Made by a program: the position numbers and the translations under genes. Source: an uncultured Acidobacteriota bacterium (GTDB taxonomy: Bacteria; Acidobacteriota; Thermoanaerobaculia; Gp7-AA8). From it: 64,000 nucleotides of DNA. Location of the stretch: the NCBI GenBank assembly GCA_963822445.1, contig CAWGHO010000003.1, positions 992,001 to 1,056,000 on the forward strand. The letters are read 5' to 3'. The notes below the pieces were generated by a model. That model ran no database searches and was not told the DNA's origin. It was given only the letters and a program-made list of their open reading frames with translations. How positions within the stretch are numbered: the stretch's first letter is position 1; each line of letters starts with the position of its first letter. Of this stretch, positions 57,753 to 64,000 are shown piece after piece.

Positions 57753-59177
57753 TCAATGCCGGCGAATCTTGCTGACGTTCGGCTTCGTGGCCCACATCGA
57801 CAGAATCTGCTTCGCCGCGGCATCGGTCAGGACGAAGTTGTCGGTGTTGATGACCAGCTGTCCGTCCATGGTCTCCGGGAAGAACGCGCCGTTGTTCGCG
57901 AAGAGCTGCGTGATCGACGCGAGCGGGATCTCCGTGTCGTATCCGGCGTTGATCGCCTTGATGTACTCGTTCGCGAAGAGCAGGTAGCCGAGATCGGTGA
58001 GATGGAAGCCGTCGAGGCTGAAGAAGCCGCCGCTGATGTACGAGCTGGTCACGCGGATCGGTCCGAGCTGCATGCCGCCGGCGCCGGTCAGCGGATTGAC
58101 GAAGACGCGATCGAACAAACCCTTGATATCCGCGACCGGGATGTTCCGAGCCGTCGCCGCTTCGGTGATGTGCCTGTTGTAATCGGTGACGCGCGTGACG
58201 ACGGCCGCCAGCTCGCTCGGCGTCAGCACGACTGACGCGGGAAGCGGCTTGCCGGAGTTCGGAAGAGCGCTGAACGGCGGCACCGGCGGGAATCCATATC
58301 CTGACTGAAGAAGACCTTGCGCGGTCAGCAGGACAGCGCTTCCAGGCGGAAGCTGCCCGACGCCCGTCCCGGTGTCGTACAGGTAGTAGATCGGCTGGCC
58401 GCTGACGAGAATGGGCTGACGCGTTGCCGGATCGACGATGAACGGCGGAATGGTCCCGACCAGCGGTGCGACGAACGGATTTGTCGGAAGCGTTCCGACG
58501 ACCATGCCCGCGGCGGGCGCCCCCGCGATCAGCTTGTCGAGGATCATCTCGTAGCGCGCTCGGAAATCCGTAGCGGAGGTCATCCCCTGATCGGTGCCGG
58601 AGAGCACGGAGCCGAGGAAGTCGTTGCCGCCGATCCACATGGCGATGAACGTCGGCCGCTGCGCCACTGCCTGATCGAGAGCGGTGCCGCCGAGGTTGCG
58701 CAGGATGAAGCGGCCGAAGCTGACCGGCGTCGGCTCGTTCGCGGCCTGCGGCTCACCGCCGGTGATCGTGAGCAACGCGCCGAGGGTCGCGCCGGGGATG
58801 CCGAGATTGTTGTAGGGGCGGCCGAAGGTCAGCATCAGCGGCTGGCCGCTTCCGGATGCGTTGCTGATCGTCGGGGCGAGGCTGGTCAACACCATCTCCG
58901 GTCCGATGCCGGGATACGAAACGAGCGGCTGTGCGAAGCAGGGATCGGTGATGACCGCGTTCGCGGGGCAGAGGTTGAGGCCGACCTGTTTGGCCAGAAT
59001 CGCCGACCAGCTCCAGACCTGATGGCGCTCGTTGAGCGAGTTGCTGTGGACGCCCGCGGCGTAGCTGTCGCCGAGGGTGACCAGCTTCGAAAAGTCCGCG
59101 TTACCGCGCGCGGCGAACACCGGAACTGCGACGAGGACTGCGATCAGTACTGCCGCTGCGAATTTGAGGTTCTTCAT
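57753..59177 (-). CDS. Secreted SGNH/GDSL hydrolase
   Basis: LGDSY, NLGIPGA, IGGND, DGFH; signal peptide; AGGAG SD. Confidence 0.88.
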   Translation of the reverse strand: MKNLKFAAAVLIAVLVAVPVFAARGNADFSKLVTLGDSYAAGVHSNSLNERHQVWSWSAILAKQVGLNLCPANAVITDPCFAQPLVSYPGIGPEMVLTSLAPTISNASGSGQPLMLTFGRPYNNLGIPGATLGALLTITGGEPQAANEPTPVSFGRFILRNLGGTALDQAVAQRPTFIAMWIGGNDFLGSVLSGTDQGMTSATDFRARYEMILDKLIAGAPAAGMVVGTLPTNPFVAPLVGTIPPFIVDPATRQPILVSGQPIYYLYDTGTGVGQLPPGSAVLLTAQGLLQSGYGFPPVPPFSALPNSGKPLPASVVLTPSELAAVVTRVTDYNRHITEAATARNIPVADIKGLFDRVFVNPLTGAGGMQLGPIRVTSSYISGGFFSLDGFHLTDLGYLLFANEYIKAINAGYDTEIPLASITQLFANNGAFFPETMDGQLVINTDNFVLTDAAAKQILSMWATKPNVSKIRRH

Positions 59178-59188
59178 GGCGGGTCTCC

Positions 59189-60469
59189 TTAGAACCGGTA
59201 GCCGAGGTTGACGGACCAGAGCACGGCGTCCGTTTCGTAAACGCCGTCGAATCCTTCGTCGTTCGTTCCTTCCGTGTCGCGATCCTTGAAGTGAAGGATG
59301 AACGCGGCGCCGTCGATGGTCCACGGGCCGTGATGGAAGCCGGCGCCGAACGTCGCGCCGACGCGATCCGAATCGGGCAGCAGCGGGCTGACCGCTTCGA
59401 CCGGCTGCGGGTTCTGGTCATACAGCACGCCGAGACGAACGTCGAAGTGCTCCGTTGCGTTGTGGTTCACGCCGAAGCGGAACGCCGACGAGTCTTCCCA
59501 GTTCTGCACGCGGGTGAAGCTCGCCGCGGGCGTGGTCTCGAAGTCCACCGACAGCGCTTCGAACTTGCTCCAGGTCATGTGGGTGACGTCGAACTCGAGG
59601 TCCCAGTTTTCATTCGGGCTTAAGGCGATGCCGATCGAGGCGACGGCGGGGAAGGGGAAGATCGTGTTGATGGCCTGATTCGGCGGGAGCTGGCTGCGGA
59701 CGACGGCGTCGAACTGCGCGTTGCCGCTCGGAATCGGGCTGATCTCGGCTTGTCCTTCCAGCTCGATGTCCATGTCCGTGCGGTACGTCGCGCCGAAGCG
59801 GAGACGGGGCGTGGCCTTGAAGAGGATGCCGACGTTCCAGCCGATGTCGCTGCCGTAATCGGAAGCGAGGCGCGTATTCGCGACGTCGGCGATCCGTCCG
59901 CTGAACGGATTCAGGGCCATGCGGTTCGCATTGAGGAACACGCGCGCCCGGCGATATTCGAGGCCGCCGCCGAGGGCGAAGCGGCCGTCTGAAGTCTGCC
60001 AGGCGATGGTGGGATTGAACGAGACCGTTTTCAGGTCCGCGTCTTCGGAGATGTAGCGCCCGGCCCAGGGCTCGGCCCAGTCGGTGCGCAGGCCCCACGC
60101 GGCGTAGGTGCCGAAGCCGACGGTGATGTTCTCGCCGATGGGCATGATCGCGTACATGTTGGGCGGGACGAAGGTGTGGCGGTTGTACTTGCCGTCGACG
60201 CCGGACGTGATCGGGCTGTTCGGGTCGCCGGTGAATTCGTTGCTGAAGTTGATGAACGTCGCGCCGGCGTAAGCGGCGAGGCGGCGCTGCTGGGCGATGC
60301 CGGCGGGGTTGTAGAAGATCGCGCTCGGGTCATCGGCCGTTGCGGCGAACGCGCCGGCCATGCCGCTCGCTTTCGCGCCCTGCTCGAAGATCGAGAAGCC
60401 GGCGCCGAATGCCGGCGCGGAAATCGACAACGCGAGCAAGGTCACAAGGGTTGTTCGAAAGGATCGCAA
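59189..60469 (-). CDS. FadL/OmpP1 family outer-membrane transporter
   Basis: GMAGA...DDPSAIFYNPAG; LPDSDR; C-terminal YRF; AGGAGG SD. Confidence 0.92.
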   Translation of the reverse strand: MRSFRTTLVTLLALSISAPAFGAGFSIFEQGAKASGMAGAFAATADDPSAIFYNPAGIAQQRRLAAYAGATFINFSNEFTGDPNSPITSGVDGKYNRHTFVPPNMYAIMPIGENITVGFGTYAAWGLRTDWAEPWAGRYISEDADLKTVSFNPTIAWQTSDGRFALGGGLEYRRARVFLNANRMALNPFSGRIADVANTRLASDYGSDIGWNVGILFKATPRLRFGATYRTDMDIELEGQAEISPIPSGNAQFDAVVRSQLPPNQAINTIFPFPAVASIGIALSPNENWDLEFDVTHMTWSKFEALSVDFETTPAASFTRVQNWEDSSAFRFGVNHNATEHFDVRLGVLYDQNPQPVEAVSPLLPDSDRVGATFGAGFHHGPWTIDGAAFILHFKDRDTEGTNDEGFDGVYETDAVLWSVNLGYRF

Positions 60470-60549
60470 GGTGCCTCCTAAGGCTGTGTTTCAGAAGGAA
60501 TTACGGCGGACCAAAACGGCGCGGATCATAGCACCGGCAATTGCGGCGA

Positions 60550-61923
<1,374 letters not shown>

Positions 61924-61945
61924 GAGGCGCGCGATTGTACGCGGG

Positions 61946-64000
61946 TCAGTCGATGGTGAGGCTGAGCGAGCCGCCACGGGCGAGAACGCCCTCGCGGCAG
62001 ACACGGCCTTCCGTCTTGTCCGCGCAGAAGCGGTAGGGACCGGGGGCCATGGCGGGGATCTCGAGATCCGTCGAGCCGATCATGGTTTTGCCGTGCGCTC
62101 GGAGCCAGTTCGAGAGATCAGGCGGCGGAATGTCGGTTCCGTTGTAGATGAGTAGTGGCCGCTTTGCGTCCTTCGGCCAAGTCACGCGAACCGTGCCGCC
62201 GACGGCCGCGAGCTCGAGCTTGATCGGGCTGTCCTTGGGCGAAAGGGTGTAGGCCTGAAGTGTTCGTCCGGGCGATGCAGCGATCAGGAGGATGCTGTTC
62301 GCATCGCCGGGAACGGAGAGTTCGAACTCCCCTTGAAGACCAGTGACGGCCTGGAGCTTCTTGGCGAGTCCGCCGGTGAAACCGTAGGCCGTGATGAGCG
62401 CGCCAGCGATCGGGTGGCCCACGGATACGAGGGAGCCGCGGAATGTGCCGATGGCCTGCAATTCGATCTGCACGTTCTGCGTGCGCGTTCCTTCCTCGAC
62501 GGCGATTTCGGTGACCCGGCTGAATTCGCCGGTCTTCATGTTGCGGGCATCGATCTTCACCCTGCCCGGTGCGACGCCGCGAATTCGAAAGCTGCCGCTC
62601 GCATCCGTATCACGGTCCAGCCATCCAGCCGGGGTAATGACGTTCACATGCGCTGCGGCGACTCGGCCGCCGTCCGGTCCAATCACCCACCCAGCGATCT
62701 CGGTATCGGGTAGCTCGATCTCGACCGGAGCCTCGGGTTTGACCAGTACATTGACTGCTGCTCTGATTCCGTCCAGATCTTCGCGAACGTCCACGTTCCA
62801 TTGGCCAGCGCGCGGAAGAAAGACTTCGAACTCGCCGTCGGCATTTGCTTTGGTGCTGATCCGCTCCTCCCCGCTGCCGCCGAAGCGCAGGTTCGCAGCG
62901 ACTGGCTTGTCGGCCATCGTCACTCTTCCGGCCGCGCGAAGGTTCGCAAGGCCAATGTTGAAGAATGCCTCCGTTTCGGATCGAACGGGGAACTCGCGGA
63001 GGACGACTCGATTGTCACGAGAGTCTCTTACGTTGACGGAGTACTTCCCGGGCGCTTGTCCTTCTGCCGTGAACGCGCCTCCGTCGTCGACGGTGCCTTC
63101 GCCCGCCAAGGACGCCTGAATTCCGAGCTCCGCCGACCGCGACAGCGTCACCTTCCAGGGCTTGTCCCACGGATCTCTCGGCGGATTGACGCTGATGCGG
63201 ATCGACAGCGGCGGATCGAGCCGGATCACATGCCGCAACGTGCTTTCCTTGCCTTCGTAAACCTCGATGTAAGGGACCGTCGCCGGTGCGAATCCCGGTG
63301 CGTTGACCACGAGTGAGAAGCTGCCCGCGGGTAGGGGAGCCAATTGCACGATTCCGCGGTCGTTGAACTCCCCTTCGGCGACCGGCTCGTTGAGCTTCAC
63401 CGACACCACCGACGGTGCGGCCATGGCCATCCGCACGAGTTTCACCCGCGCCGGGCCCTTCAATTGTTTGAGCGTGTCTCGATCGAGAAAGGCCACTACG
63501 GAAGCGCCGCGACGCAGCGCAACGGTCCCGAAGTTTTTCGGCGCGCCGGGCTTAAGCTCGATGTCCCATCGGTACTCGGGCGTGAACCCTTTGACGCGAA
63601 AGGTGAGATCGAGCGGGACAGCCGGAACGGCACACATCCACGAGCCGTCGGCCGCGATCGGGCAGTCCACCGCTGTCGAAATCGCTTGCGTCCCGAAGGT
63701 CGATTGCGCGGAGATCTCGAACGATTTCGGCATCTCCGCCTTCGCGGGCGGTTTGAACTTTCCCGCGAGCCGCGTCGTGCGCCAGACCTCGAGGCTAGCC
63801 GTCTTTGGCAACGGCTGGCGCGGCATCCAGAAGCCGTCGGCGGCGAGCTCGATCTCCCATTCTTTGACGGCATCCGCGAGCGTCACGGTCGCCACCCCGG
63901 TTGCGATCGGTCGGACGATTTCCGGTTGGCCGGCCGCACGTAACGTCAACGTGCCGTTGACGTTGCAGTCGGCGGAATTGACGCAGACAGCGCGGAAGAT
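61946..64000 (-). CDS. Carboxypeptidase-regulatory-like (transthyretin-fold) repeat protein, 5' end outside the window
   Basis: Repeated GxVxxxxGxPxAxAxV / TDxxGxF modules; frame open to the window edge. Confidence 0.7.
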   Translation of the reverse strand: MFRAVCVNSADCNVNGTLTLRAAGQPEIVRPIATGVATVTLADAVKEWEIELAADGFWMPRQPLPKTASLEVWRTTRLAGKFKPPAKAEMPKSFEISAQSTFGTQAISTAVDCPIAADGSWMCAVPAVPLDLTFRVKGFTPEYRWDIELKPGAPKNFGTVALRRGASVVAFLDRDTLKQLKGPARVKLVRMAMAAPSVVSVKLNEPVAEGEFNDRGIVQLAPLPAGSFSLVVNAPGFAPATVPYIEVYEGKESTLRHVIRLDPPLSIRISVNPPRDPWDKPWKVTLSRSAELGIQASLAGEGTVDDGGAFTAEGQAPGKYSVNVRDSRDNRVVLREFPVRSETEAFFNIGLANLRAAGRVTMADKPVAANLRFGGSGEERISTKANADGEFEVFLPRAGQWNVDVREDLDGIRAAVNVLVKPEAPVEIELPDTEIAGWVIGPDGGRVAAAHVNVITPAGWLDRDTDASGSFRIRGVAPGRVKIDARNMKTGEFSRVTEIAVEEGTRTQNVQIELQAIGTFRGSLVSVGHPIAGALITAYGFTGGLAKKLQAVTGLQGEFELSVPGDANSILLIAASPGRTLQAYTLSPKDSPIKLELAAVGGTVRVTWPKDAKRPLLIYNGTDIPPPDLSNWLRAHGKTMIGSTDLEIPAMAPGPYRFCADKTEGRVCREGVLARGGSLSLTID

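Overview
GC-rich bacterial chromosomal window of about 45 genes. The gene repertoire resembles Acidobacteriota (Thermoanaerobaculia-like); this is inference only. No rRNA, tRNA, CRISPR array, integrase or transposase was recognised. (1) A ~17 kb metal-handling block (5.5-22.5 kb) holds a multicopper oxidase, a TonB receptor, a family-5 ABC importer, a CxxCH secreted protein, an HMA2-ABC exporter, a PacL/FezA-like small protein and a CtpC-like P1B-ATPase. It is bracketed by a ~250 bp, ~90% identical direct repeat of the 3' end (DNA-binding domain) of a LytTR regulator gene. (2) A LytS/LytTR plus alpha/beta-hydrolase locus carries dense frameshifts. (3) A housekeeping stretch contains nuoA-E-F, an ECF sigma operon, a sigma-70 with two region-4-like domains and ABC transporters. 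(4) An RHS operon (40.7-54.2 kb) appears to split the RHS shell across two signal-peptide-bearing proteins: a 3363-aa RHS/adhesin giant and a separate RHS core with a cysteine-protease-like tip, followed by Sel1 and lipoprotein immunity candidates. (5) The window ends with yifB/comM, fadL plus a GDSL hydrolase, gatB and a truncated secreted protein. Several REP-like palindromes occur, one of them inserted in frame in a coding sequence. All family assignments come from motif recognition by eye, not database searches.
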